Source: the human T2T-CHM13v2.0 reference genome, Homo sapiens. Taken from it: a stretch of 64,000 nt of DNA. The notes under the pieces were generated by a model that did no database searches, was not told the DNA's origin, and saw nothing but the letters and a program-made list of their open reading frames with translations. The stretch is taken from the NCBI RefSeq assembly GCF_009914755.1, contig NC_060931.1; one strand, 5' to 3'. The position numbers and the translations under genes were made by a program. Within the stretch, counting starts at the first letter, position 1; every line of letters starts with the position of its first letter. Below, one piece after another: positions 43,578-57,124 of this stretch.

Positions 43578-44287
43578 TGATTGTATTTTTTTAAGAACGG
43601 GAATAAACTATTATAACAATCTAGCTACTGGGTATCATTTAGTAAAATAGTAATCATAATGACAAAGCTTTTTCTTAATCCAATTTTTTTAGATATACAA
43701 AAGAATGAATAACTCATGTAAATGTCAAGAAAGAAAAGAAATCTCAGACCACAGCTGACAAATGAAGCCATTTAGCCATAAATTTCAGAGAATATTTCTC
43801 ATGTCAGTATATTCTTGTTGGTAATGTCAGCAGTTTTCTAAGGCTTTCCAAAGTATACTCATTTTAAGCCAATTTATGACAAAACTTCTCTCCAGAAAGC
43901 TCTTTTCAAAATCTTAGAGATATTTTCCTTCCTTTCATACATAAAGAAAGCATTCATATTAATATGCCATGAGAGGAAAAGCTCATTAAATAAGTAAAAA
44001 TTAGAAGCAGTGTTGACATCACAAATGAAAGAACACAGCAATGCATGTGTTTTCATTTTAGCCAAGGACCATTACTTTTTACCAAACTATAGAAAATAAT
44101 CTGAAATAATCTTTCAAGCCCGGAGTAAAGACCTCCATTTGTCCTCTAACATCAAAATTCATTTCATTAAGCAGCTTAACTCTTAGAAGTGAAAGTTCAG
44201 TCAAAAAATGATAATTTTTATCTTGACTCTTTAGTAACAAGTATATCTTGATACCACACACCTAAATCTGGCAGCAGTAGCTATCAA

Positions 44288-44530
44288 AGCTAGCATTTAT
44301 TGAGCTTTAGCAAGCGCCATGTACTGTTCTGAAAGTTGTACATGTATTTACTTCCTAATCGTTACAGCAGCCCCACACAGAAGGTCCTCTTATCATCATA
44401 TCATTTTACAGATGAAGAAAGCCATAAGAGGTTAAACAATTTGTTCTAGCAAGATGGCTATGAAGCTATTGAATGATTTTGAAGCCCTAATGATCTGGCA
44501 CCATAGTCACCATCTGGACAACTCTTGCTA
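44288..44530 (-). mobile_element. MIR
   Basis: GCATTTATTGAGC...CATTTTACAGATGAAGAAA...GAGGTTAA. Confidence 0.7.
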
Positions 44531-44839
44531 TGTTCCCTCTGCAGGGATCACCACGCCTGTTTTCTTTTTTCCTTGAAGCTTAGTTTCATCCATTTATCCC
44601 CCAGCCTTAGCTGTAGATGTATTCTACCTTATAGACCTGATTTTATAATGAGAATTTATTTGGAGAAAATTTTTCAATATATGTGATATGGTGCTGTTTC
44701 TCTTTACCATTTGAAATGGGCATAACAGGAAAAAGCAAGGTAGGAAGCTGGTTAAAATATTTACAGCTAACCAGATATGAAGTTGACCAATATTCCAGTT
44801 TACTTTATTCAGCTACTATATCTGTAATAACATATAGGA

Positions 44840-45120
44840 TTAATTCACTCATGCTACAAAGATTTTGTCAGCATCTACTGTATGCTAAGCACCTGGAATA
44901 ATGCCTGGCACTCATAGAACTTGCATTCTAGTGAGGTAGAAGGGTAATTTTGTAAAAACACAATAAATTACTGAATGAACAATTATGTTAAAAGATATTA
45001 AGTGCTACAAACAAAAGAAAAAAGGAGCAGGGTAAGAAAACGTTACATTATGGAAAGCAGGTCATAGTATTAAATAAGGTGGTCAGAGTAGACCTCATTG
45101 AAATCATATTTAGTCAAATA
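44840..45120 (-). mobile_element. L2a-like 3' end
   Basis: ATTCACTCAT...CATAGAACTTGCATTCTAGTG...GGTGGTCAGAGTAGACCTCATTGA. Confidence 0.6.
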
Positions 45121-47699
45121 ATTTAAAAATATAAATTTCTTAATGTTTCATATATAAAAAAACTCATTTTCTTTCTAATCCTTCTATACCTTAAAAGAAA
45201 TATATAAGGGGATACATATTTGTACTTAAGACTTCTTATGAGAGCTTAAAAAATCCTGACAGCCAATACAGGACCAAATAACTAAGTCTCCATGGTAGTC
45301 TTAACTACAATTATAACTCGATTAAGAGAAAGCCTGCATTTCACTCTACATGCCATTCACCTAAATGCTGCTTTTCCTTCACTGAATAAACATGTATTGA
45401 TTACCTACCATGTGCAGGCATTTTGATAGTCCTGAGGAGATAATTCCCTGTGCCCTGGGGATTCATATTCTGCAGAGATTGTACAAATAAACAGGGAATT
45501 GCGATGCTATATAAGAGGGCTGACTGGAGTATTAGGGAACATGATGTGGGGTCAAGAGAAAGTGATATTTGGGATAAATCTCAAAAAATGAATGAAAGAT
45601 AAAGATGTGGGGGTAGTGAAGAGCATTTGGTGAACGTGCAGAGGATGAAGAATTAAAAGTATATACTTTGCTCCTGGGTCTGAGTATAGTCCTACATTAG
45701 AAATGATTAAAGATTCAATAGAACATGATAAATAGGGAGACTGCACAAATCATCAGACATCTATCAGGTGATGAATTTTAAAGAAACTTTTGCAAAGTTT
45801 TTTGACCAAGAAACATGTTTTTAGTGTAGCACCTTACGTGACAACATTTTACTAAAGTAAAATGTTGGGGAAAAAACTATCCTAGATTATAAAAGTAAAA
45901 ATAGTTTTTATTATTCATCCATATGTATTATCAGATTGCATTGGGCCCATTAGTTTGTGTATGTCTTTAAATGGTATACAATGCCATGAGAAAATTGACT
46001 CTAAGTAGCTTAGTGTCCTGATAAGTGAGCAAGGTTATAAGGATGATTTGTTTTATAAAAGTCATGAAACCTATTCAATCTTTTGTTTCATATGGCTCAG
46101 CTGACACTATTCACTTCTATTTATTTCAGTCTTTCAAGTCTATTATTAAGGGTTTTGTATAGTACTTAGATAATACCTGCATAGTTACTTCTGCATCAAT
46201 GTGATTTTTTTAAAGTGGAGAATGGTTATCCTTCTAATAGTTACTCATGTTATTGCAGTATGTTGATGAATTAAACAAGAATGAGACAATAAATTTAGGA
46301 CATGTTAATGGATGTCAGACGTCCACAGAGTTTCATGAATGCTATGTAAATAGAAAAAAAATATTAATGGGCATCCTTGCAGACAGTTTATTCAATGAAA
46401 AGGTATATTGTTACCGTGTGTTCTAATTGGCTTCCCCTTGAAAGTATGGTTCAGGTAGAGTAATTCTATTTTTAGCAGATACAAAAGAAAATTGCTTGTG
46501 AAGTACTTTGAGATAATGAGAGTAACGGCAATATGTTGAAAAAAATCATTCCACTTTCAATGTTACAAAATAGCAAGGTAAACTAAAACTGGGTAAAATG
46601 TATAATAGTTATTCTGCCATGGCTAAAAAGTAATCTAAATAATATAAGTCTAATTTTAGGATTTAAAAGATAAATGCCACAATCTTCACTGACCTATGAC
46701 TTTTATAAGCTGTTAAAACCTTATTATAGTATTTTAAAGGCAAAAATGGAAATGCTTTAAACGAACATCTCTTCTTTCTGTAGCTTTCCAAATTGATATT
46801 TCAAAATGATGCCTTTTCATACCTAACTCCATAAACATGTTTTCTCATAATTCAAAAAAATACAACAGAGAAGCAAAATATATTTAAGTCCAACTTTAGG
46901 CATTCCACACATAGAGATTGGAGGTTATTTTTATCCTTGTGGTTAATTCCATGTATAAGCCATTTTCAAATACTACTGCTTCTTATATTTCCCCTTGCCA
47001 GTACTCCTTACTTTTCAAAGTTGACAAGGCAGATGTGATTCACAGTTCTATAGATTAATACACAACACTGTCATATCATCCCCCCAAATTAAACCTTGGG
47101 GTGTCTTCAGTCCCAAACTCTTCCCAGAGAAATTTTTGTTTTAGATCTTATAATTAATACACACAAGCACACATATATAATACTCTCACATGCACACACA
47201 CACACACGCACACATATACATATATGTATATCATTTTCCCACATTAACATTAAAGAAAAACATATTATTTCAATTAAATGGATGTCTAGTATTACCATTT
47301 TTTCTCCAATAGTAAGATAGATCTACATTAAGTAGCATGAAACTACCATGTAAATTCCATCATCAGTAGTGCAGACTGTCATATTTAGATTAGGAATATT
47401 GTTTTGCCATCTGATTAGGCAGATTTCTATAATTCAAAGAGTAATCTCAGAGTCATGTTCACAAATCTGGCTGACTAGGAGAAATGCAATCAATTTATTT
47501 AAAAATCATACTAACATTTTAATAACGTGGGCTTACGTAACCCACACATAATGCAGCAAGAAAATGTTAGTATATATTAAATTATAGAACATGTGTTTTC
47601 TGCTAGAGATGTTCTTATTCGAATATAAGATTGAGTTATTTATTTCACAAGTTTTCCTACTGTTTCTTTTGTTCAGTAAGTTTCAGTAAAGGAAACAAC

Positions 47700-48298
47700 T
47701 TTTCTCTTTTTAAATTTTTTTACTGAATTTTTAAAAATTCACAAGTTGTATGTATTCACCATGCACAACATGATGTTTTGAAGTATGCATAAATTGTGAA
47801 ATGACTACATCTAGGTAACTAACATATGTTTGACCTCACATGGTTATCATTTTTTGTGGTGAGAACACTTTTATACATCCACTCTTTTAGCATTTTTCAA
47901 GAATATAACACATTATTAACTATATCACCATGTTATAGAATAAAAGACTTGAGCTCATTCCTTCTAACTGAAATTTTGTATCCTTAACTAACATCTCCTC
48001 AACTCCCACGCCAAACATGTCAGGCCTGGTAACCACCATCCTACTCTCCACTTCTGTGATATCAACTTTCTAAAATTACACATGAGGGAGGTAATGTGGT
48101 ATTTACATGTCCATGTTTATGGTAGCATTATTCACAATATCCAATATATGGAATCAACCTGTATCTATCAATGGATGAATGAATAAAGAAAATGTGGTAT
48201 GTATAGACAATGGAATACTTTCCAGCTATAAAAAGAAAAGATTTTGAAATGCTGTTACTTGTGACAACATGGATAAATTCAGAGGACATTACATTAAA
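47700..48298 (-). mobile_element. L1MA 3' fragment with 5' inversion
   Basis: 47700-48104 is minus-strand 3'UTR; 48105-48298 is the upstream L1 segment in plus orientation. Confidence 0.8.
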
Positions 48299-48435
48299 GA
48301 TGAAATTTTTAAAAGGAGTTACTGAAAACAAACTTAGTGAAAAGGGTATTTTTATTTAGTACTGTAGCAATCACTACTAGCCCAAACCTTAGGCATATCA
48401 TTCATTTTCCTGAGCCTAATTTTCTTCATCTTTAA

Positions 48436-49085
48436 TGTAGAAGGCCTGAGAAGTAGTCCTTCTTCAGAAGAGTCTCTTGGGGTAGGATTAGAGGCAGGCC
48501 CAAGAGTAAGAGTGGTTGCCAAACGGGCAGCTTCCAGCCCTTAGTTAACTGGCTGAAATTTGCCTCAGTGGGTGCACTTTCAATTTTCACCTGTTTTCTA
48601 TACTAGGTCTATATATTTAGCATTGTTTAAAGAAACAGTTCATAATATAATATTCTCCCACACATCTTGCTGTTTATGTCAACAATGCAAGGTCTTGGCC
48701 ACTTTTTATCCTGGCCATTTCTCAAGCATGTGTTTGCAACAGGCAGCCTCAAGAGCTGACATACTATCTCTCTCTGGGACAAAATCGAGCTCGCTTACTG
48801 CTGCTATCAAAGAGGTGGATTCTACAAGCTGAGTGTTCTTCACCTGTGACTCAAACTCACTGTATGTACAGCATAACTCTAAGCCCATATTGCATCACCC
48901 CCATGGGAGTCAGGGACAAAGGGAAACAGATGCAAATATGCTGATGCTCAGGCTACCTGATGTGCTGAGAGTAATAAAGGTCTTTTTCTTTGACCCAGGA
49001 GTCTCATGTCTACAGTTGGATTCTCTGAAACAGTAACAGGTTAACTTATTAGTGAAGTTGGGTAAAGTCAAATCCCAGGACAGAT
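48436..49085 (+). mobile_element. ERVL-type solo LTR (LTR47/MER76-like)
   Basis: AATAAAGGTC...TGACCCAGGAGTCTCATGTCT...GAAACAGTAACAGGTTAACTTATTAG resembles the ERVL R/U5 region. Confidence 0.55.
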
Positions 49086-51342
49086 AATAACCTATTACTA
49101 GGCTATTATTGTCAAGGTTTACATGGATATTTAATGTTTAATATTAGAACTAGTCTAATAAAAATAGTAAGGTTCTGACACTGAACAATATATAACAGTA
49201 CAAACTAAAGAATCTAGGAACATAAACTGTGTTTTAATAGAAATTTATTACATGATAAAGGTGGCACTACAAATCAGAGTACAAAGGATAAATTACTTGG
49301 TAAATAATTTGGTGACAAGCAGCTATGCATTTCGAATACATAAAATTAGACCTTTCAGCTCGCACTATAACAAAACAAAAGATTTATAGAGTTTTAATTT
49401 GAAAAAATAAAACTACAGATGCTTAGGGGAAAATGTGGAAGGTTATTTTTATAACATAAATGTGAAAAATACCTTATTTATCAAACAGGTAATCACAGGA
49501 AGGCAGAGCAAAATGGCCAGAAAGAACCCTCCGGCGATCATCTCCATGCAGGAACACCAAATAGAACTACTATACGTACAAGAAAGCATCTTCGTAAGAG
49601 CCAAAAATCAAGTGAGCAATAATAGTACCTGATTTTAATATAATATTAAGGAAAGAGGCACAGAAGAGGGTAGAAAGGACAGTCTTGAATTGCTGACAAC
49701 ACCTCCCTCCCACCCCATCCCCCAGCAGTGAGCATAGAGAGAGAATTTCTACCCTTGGAAGAGGGAGGGAGAGCAAAGTGATTGTAGGACCCTGCATTGG
49801 AACTCAGTGCTTCCCTGTCACAGCAGAACACAACAGAGGGCATAATTTGGCTGGCATACAAGAAGGAAGCATTTCAAGCAGCCCCAGCCAGAGGGGAATC
49901 CTCTACTCCAGCAGTAGGAACTTGAGTTCTTACTAACCCCACTACCAGTGGACTAAAGTGCTCTAGGGTGCTGAATAAATTTGAAAGGCAGTCTAAGCCA
50001 CAGAGATTGAAGCTGGGCTCAAGTACTACAAGGACTGGTGGTGTGCTAGGCTCAGAACAGTGGAGCTGGGGTGCATTCTAGCCAATGAGACACCATCTGG
50101 GGGAAACATGGGAATGTTTATATCACCTCTTTCCCAACTCTAAGCAGTATAGCTCGGGGAGTGACTCTTTCCCCTTGCAGAAAGGAGAGGGAAATATAAA
50201 AAAAAATTTTATCTTGCAACTTGTGTACCAGCTCAGCCACAGTAAAATAAAGCACTAAGCAGAGCCCTGAAGCCCCTGATCCCAGGTCCTAACTCCTGGA
50301 TGGCATTTCTGGACCCATTCTGGGAACCTGCTGCCTACTGGCAGGATTCACTACTTGCCAAATAAGGAGCTCCTAAGCCTTGAATAAACGTCAGTGGTAG
50401 CCAGGCAATAGTAGCCATAGCCCTGGGGTGAAATCTAGTGCTGTGCTGGTTTCAGATGTGACCCAGTGCAATCCTAGCTGTGGTGGTTATGGGAGTGCTT
50501 GTGTCATCCCTCCCTCAACTCCATGCAGCCCAGCACAGAGAGAGAGGCTCCTTTTGTTTGGGTGAAAGTGAGGGAAGAGAACAAGAGACTCTGACTGGTA
50601 TTGTAGGAAATTCTCCTGGATATTACTGAAGTCCACCAAGACAGTACCTCTCACAGTCTCCAAGAGTCACAGTATTGCTGTGCTTGGGGTGATCTCTAGT
50701 GCAGATAAAAATGCAGTGACCAAAGACTTCAATCAAAACCCAACTCATTTCCCTTTTGAATACCTGGAAAGCATTCTCAAGAAGGAAGGGTACAAATAAG
50801 CCCAGACTGCAAAGATTAGAATAAATACTGAATTCCTCGATGCCCAGACATCAATGAACATCCACAAACATAAAAAACATCCAGGAAAAAAATGACCTCA
50901 CTAAATGAACTAAATATGGCAACAGTGACTAATCCTGGAGCAACAGAGATATGCAACCTTTCAGACGGAGAATTCAAAATAGCTGTTTTGAGGAAGCTTA
51001 ACAAAATTCAAGATAACACAGAGAATATACCCAGAATCCTATCAGAAAAAAAAAAAGCAAATATTGAAGTAATTTAAAAAATCAAACAGAAATTGTGTAA
51101 CTGAAAAATTCAATTGACAAACTGAAAAATGCATCAGTTTCAACAGCAGAACTGACCAAGCAGAAGAAAGATTTAGTGAGCATGAGGACAGACTATATGA
51201 AAATACAGTTACAGGAGAAAAAAATATTTCTAATAAAGCATGCCTACAAGATCTAGAAAACAGTCTCAACAGGGAAAATCTAAGAGTTATTGACTTTAAA
51301 GTGGAGATAAGAGACGATCAGAATAGAAAGTTTATTCAGGGA

Positions 51343-51640
51343 GGCCAGGCATGGTGGTTCATGCCTGTAATCCCAGAGCTTTGGGAGGCCAAGGTGGCAG
51401 ATCTCTTGAAGTCAGGAGTTCGAGACCAGCCTGGCCAACATAGCAAATCCTAATCTCTACTAAAAATACAAAAAGTAGCCAGGTGTGATGGCACGCACCT
51501 GTAATTCCAGCTACTCAAGAGGCTGAGGCACAAGAATTGCTTGAACCTGGGAGGCAGAGGTTGAGGGAGCCAAGATCATGTCACTGCACTCCAGCTTGGG
51601 TGTTGGAGTGAGACTCTGCCTCAGAAAAAAAAAAAAAAAA
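51343..51640 (+). mobile_element. AluS/J (Sz-like)
   Basis: Dimer; TSD AAAGTTTATTCA(G/A)GGA. Confidence 0.92.
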
Positions 51641-52251
51641 AAAGTTTATTCAAGGAAATAATAGAGAATAGTCCAAACCTAGAGAAAGTTACCAATATTC
51701 AAGTACAAGCAGGTCATAGAGCACCAGCAGATTTAACCCAAATAAGACTATCTCAAGACATTTAAAAATCAAATTTCTAAAATTAAAAGATACACAAAAG
51801 ATCCAAAAAACAGCAAGAAAAAAGAAGAAAATAACATAAACATGAGCTCCAATACATCTGGCAGCAGACTTTTTAGTGGAAACCTTAAAGGCCAGGAGAG
51901 AGTAGCATGACATATTTAAAGCACTGAGAAAACTTTTATTGTAGAATATTATATCCAGCAAAAATGACCTTCAAACATGAAGGAGAAATGAAGATTCCCA
52001 GACAAGCAAAAGCTGAGGGATTTCATCCATACCAGACCTGTCTTATAAGAAATCCTAAAAGGAGTTCATCAATCTGAAAGAAAAGAATGTTAACAAGCAA
52101 TAAGAAATTGTCTGAAGGCACAAAACTTGCTAGTAACAATGATAACAAAAATATATACAGAATATTGTAACACTGTAATTGTGGTATGTAAACTACTTAT
52201 AACTTGAGTAGAAAAATAAACTTAACAAAAGTAACTATAAAAACTTTTGTA

Positions 52252-52375
52252 TCCCAGCACTTTGGGAGGCCGAGGTGGGCAGATCACGAGGTCAGGAGAT
52301 TGAGACCATCCTGGCTAACAAGGTGAAACCCATCTCTACTAAAAATACAAAAACAAACAAACAAACAAACAAACA
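52252..52375 (+). mobile_element. AluY left monomer only, 5'-truncated, (AAAC)n tail
   Basis: GAGACCATCCTGGCTAAC; TSD AAAAACTTTTGTA at 52239-52251 and 52376-52388. Confidence 0.88.
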
Positions 52376-53485
52376 AAAAACTTTTGTAAAGATACACAGT
52401 ATAAAAAGATATAAATAGAAACAATAAGTTAAAAACTGGGGAGGGAGTGGAAGAAGTTGAGGCACAGAGTTTTTATTAGTTTTCCATTTGCTTGTTTGTT
52501 TGTTGTTGCTACTGCAACCAGAGTTGTCAAAAATTTAAAATAATCGGTAATAGAAGGTTATTTGTAAGTCTCATGGTAACCTCAAATCAAAAACCAATAA
52601 CAGATAAACAAAAAATAAAAGCAAGAAATTAAAACATACCACCAGAAAAAATCACTTTTACACCTAAGAAGACAGAAAAGAAAGAAGAGAAAACCAAAAA
52701 ACAATTAGAAAACAAATTTTAAAATAACAGTAGTAAATCCTTATTTATAAATTATAACACTGAATGTAAATGGACTGAACTCTCCAATCAAAGACAGAGT
52801 GGCTGAATGGATTAAAAAGCAAGACCCAAAAAAATTCTGCCTATAAGAAACTCACTTCACCTATAAAGACACACATAGACTGAAAATAAATGGATGGAAA
52901 AAGATATTTCATGCAAATGAAAACAAAAAAAAGCATGGATTGCTATACTTAGACAAATGTTATAGATTTCAAGGAGAAAAGTATGAAAAGAATCAAAGAA
53001 GGTAATAATATAATGATAAACGATTCAATTAAGTGAGAGGCTATAGCCCTGACACCAAAACCAAAGACACAACAACAAAATAAAACTATAGCCTAATATC
53101 TCTGATAAACATTTATGCAAAAATCCCCAACAAAATACTAGTAAACCAAATTCCAACAACACATTAAAAAAATCATCCATCATGACCAAGTGAGATTTAT
53201 CCCAAGAATGCAAGGATGGTTCAACATACACTAGTCAATTAATGTGATACATCATATCAACAGAAAGAAAGACAAAACCATATGATCCTTTTAACTGATA
53301 CTGAAAAAAGCATTTGATAAAATTCAAGATACCTCATGACAAAAACCATTGCAAAACTGGGGATAGAAGGAACACACCACGACACAATAAAAGCCATATA
53401 AAACAGACCCACAGCTGATGTACTGAATGAAAAAAATTAAAATCCTTTCCTCTAATATCTATAATAAGACAAGGATGCACTCTTT

Positions 53486-53494
53486 CCTTCTTTC

Positions 53495-53525
<31 letters not shown>

Positions 53526-53806
53526 TTATGGTGTTTTGCTCTATTGCCCAGGCAGGAGTGCAGTGGTGCAATCTCGGTTCACTGCAACCTCTGACTCCCA
53601 GGTTCAAGTGATTCTCCAGCCTCAGCCTCCCAAGTACCTGGGATTACAGACGTCCACCACCACGCCCAGCTAATTTTTGTATTTTTAGTAGAGAGAGTGT
53701 TTCACCATGTTGGCTAGGTTGGTCTCGAACTGCTGACCTCAGGTGATCCACCCACCTGGGCCTCCCAAAGTGCTGGGATTACAGTGGTGAGCCACTGCGC
53801 CTGGCC
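53486..53806 (-). mobile_element. AluS
   Basis: Dimer; degenerate TSD AGGATGC.C.CTTT. Confidence 0.92.
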
Positions 53807-55030
53807 TAGGATGCCCACTTTCACCACTGTTATTCAACGTAGTACTGGAAGTCCTAGCTATAGCAATTAGACAAAAGAAAGAAAGGAAGGGCATACACAT
53901 TGGAAGAAAAGAAGTCTAATTATCCATGTCTTTAAATAATATAATCTTATATTTTGAAAAACTTAAAGACTCCACCAGAAAAACAATTAGAATTGACAAT
54001 GTCAGTAAATTTGTAGAATACAAAATCAAAATACAAAAACCAGTAGCATTTCTATATGCCAACAGCGAACAACCTCACAAAATAAGAAAGTAACTTTTTT
54101 TACAATTGCTACAAATTAAATTAAATACTTAGACATAAACTTAACCAAGGAAGTGAAAGTTCTCTACAATAAAAACTATAAAACATTGATGCAACAAATT
54201 GGAAAGGACACAAAAAAGGAAAGATAGTTCATGTTTATGGATTAGAAGAATTAATATTGTTAAAATGTCCATACTACCCAAAGCAATCTACAGATACAAT
54301 GCAATCTCTATCAAAATACTAGTAACTTTCTTCACAGAAATAGAAAAAAAATTTATATAGAACCACAAAAGACCAAGAATAGCCAAAGCCATCCTGAGCA
54401 AAAGGAATAAAACTGGAAGACTCACATTACCTGACTTTAAATTATACTACAGTGCTGTAGTAACCAAAACAGCATGGCACTGGCATAAAAGTAGACCCGT
54501 GGACCAATGGAACAGAATAAAGGACTCAGAAATAAGTTCATACATCTACAGTGAACTCATTTTCAACAAAGATGCCAAGAAACTATACCTTGGGGAAAGT
54601 GTATTCTCTTCAATAAATGGTCCTGGGAAAATTGCATATCCAAATGCAGTAGAAGGAAACTAGATCCCTGTTTCTTACCATATACAAAAATGAAATAAAA
54701 TTGATTAAAGAATTAAATCTAAGATCTGAAACTATGAATCTACCAGAAGAAAGCATTAGGGAAACTCTCCAGAACATTGGTCTGGGCAAAGATTTCTTGA
54801 GCAATACCTCAAAAGCACAGGCAACAAAAGCAAAAGTTGAAAAATGGGATCATATCAAGTTAAAAAACTTCTTCACAGCAAAGGAAAGAACAAAGTGAAG
54901 GGACAACCCATATAATGGGAGAAAATTTTGCAAACTATCTATCTGACAAGGGATTAATTTCCAGAATATACACAGAGCTGAAACAAATCCATAGAAAAAA
55001 ATCTAAAATCTGTTAAGAAATAGGCAAAAG

Positions 55031-55198
55031 GGTCAGGCGCAGTGGCTCACGCCTGTGATCCCAGCACTTTTGGAGTCCGAGGCCAGTGGATCACCTGAGG
55101 TCAGGAGTTTGAGATCAGTCTGGCCAACATGGTGAAACCCTGTCTCTACTAAAAATACAAGAGAGAAACTCTGTCTCAAAAAAAAAAAAAAAAAAAAA
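55031..55198 (+). mobile_element. AluS with most of the right monomer deleted
   Basis: AAAAATACAA joined directly to GAGAGAAACTCTGTCTC-polyA; TSD AGGCAAAAG. Confidence 0.88.
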
Positions 55199-55244
55199 AG
55201 GCAAAAGGTCTGAATAAGCATCTCTCCAAAGAAAACATACAAAT

Positions 55245-55598
<354 letters not shown>

Positions 55599-55926
55599 AA
55601 ACATACAAATGTCCAACAGGCATATGAAAACCTGCTCAACATCATTAGTTATCAGAGAAATGCAAGTCAAAACTACAATACATTCTCTCACTCCATTTAG
55701 AATGGCTTTTATCCAAAAGACAGGCAAAAATAAATGTAGGTGAGGATCTGGAGAAAGGTGAGCCCTCACACATTGTTGATGGGAATGTTAAGTTAGTACA
55801 GCCACTATGGAGAATAGTATGGAAGTTTCTTAAAAAGCTAAATGTAGAACTACTATACGATCCAGCAATACCACTGCTACGTATACATCCAAAAGAAAGG
55901 GAATATGTGTATAAAAGACATATATG

Positions 55927-57124
55927 CTCTCCCTCTCCCTCTCCGTCGTCTCCATCTCCCGCTTTCCACGGTCTCCCCCTCTCCCTCGTCTCCCTCTCCC
56001 GCTTTCCAGGGTCTCCCTCTGTTGCTGAGGCTGGACTGTACTGCTGCGATCTCGGCTCACTGCAACCTCCCTGCCTGATTCTCCTGCCTCAGCCTGCCGA
56101 GTGCCTGGGATTGCAGGCGCACGCCGCCACGCCTGACTGGTTTTTGCATTTTTTGGTGGAGACGCGGTTTCGCCGTGTTGGCCGGGCTGGTCTCCAGCTC
56201 CTGACCTCGAGTGATCTGCCCGCCTTGGCCTCCCGAGGTGCTGGGATTACAGACGGAGTCTCGCTTACTCAGTGCTCAATGTTGCCCAGGCTGGAGTGCA
56301 GTGGCGTGATCTCGGCTCGCTACAACCTCCACCTCCCAGCCGCCTGCCTTGGCCTCCCAAAGTGCTGAGATTGCAGCCTCTGCCCGGCCGCCACCCCGTC
56401 TAGGAAGTGAGGAGCCTCTCTGCCCGGCCGCCCATTGTCTGGGATGTGAGGAGTGCCTCTGCCCGGCCGCCACCCCATCTGAGAAGTGGGGAGCCCCTCC
56501 GCCCGGCCGCCGCCCCCTCTGGAAGGTGGGGGGCACCCCCGCCCGGCAGCCGCCCCATCTGGGAAGTGGGGGGCTGCTCTGCCCGGCCACCACCCCATCT
56601 GGGAGGTGGACCCAACAGCTCATTGAGAACGGGCCATGATGACGATGGTGGTTTTGTCGAATAGAAAAGGGGGAGATGTGGGGAAAAGAGAGATCAGACT
56701 GTTACTGTGTCTGTGTAGAAAGAAGTAGACATAGGAGACTCCATTTTGTTCTGTACTAAGAAAAATTCTTCTGCCTTGGGATGCTGTTAATCTATAACCT
56801 TACCCCCAACCCCCTGCTCTCTGAAACATGTGCTGTGTCAACTCAGGGTTAAATGGATTAAGGGCGGTGCAAGATGTGCTTTGTTAAACAGATGCTTGAA
56901 GGCAGCATGCTCCTTAAGAGTCATCGCCACGCCCTAATCTCAAGTACCCAGGGACACAAACACTGCGGAAGGTCGCAGGGTCCTCTGCCTAGGAAAACCA
57001 GAGACCTTTGTTCACATGTTTATCTGCTGACCTTCTCTCCACTATTGTCCTATGACCCTGCCAAATCCCCCTCTCCGAGAAACACCCAAGAATGATCAAT
57101 AAATACTAAAAAAATTAAAAAAAA
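55927..57124 (+). mobile_element. SVA retrotransposon, old subfamily (SVA_A/B-like)
   Basis: CCCTCT hexamers, antisense Alu-like domain, GC-rich VNTR, SINE-R (HERV-K LTR-derived), AATAAA at 57098 and A tail; 16-bp TSD ATAAAAGACATATATG at 55911-55926 and 57125-57140. Confidence 0.97.

Noticed and set aside
50816-54898. L1 ORF1/ORF2-like peptides
   Set aside because: Short fragments broken by stops, frameshifts, Alu insertions and a deletion; not an intact L1.
56377-56610. About 40-bp repeated units that could suggest a CRISPR-like array
   Set aside because: Contiguous SVA VNTR without unique spacers, in primate DNA with no cas genes.
55830-57095. Cluster of GC-rich, Pro/Arg/Gly-rich ORFs
   Set aside because: All lie in or run into the SVA Alu-like, VNTR or SINE-R domains.
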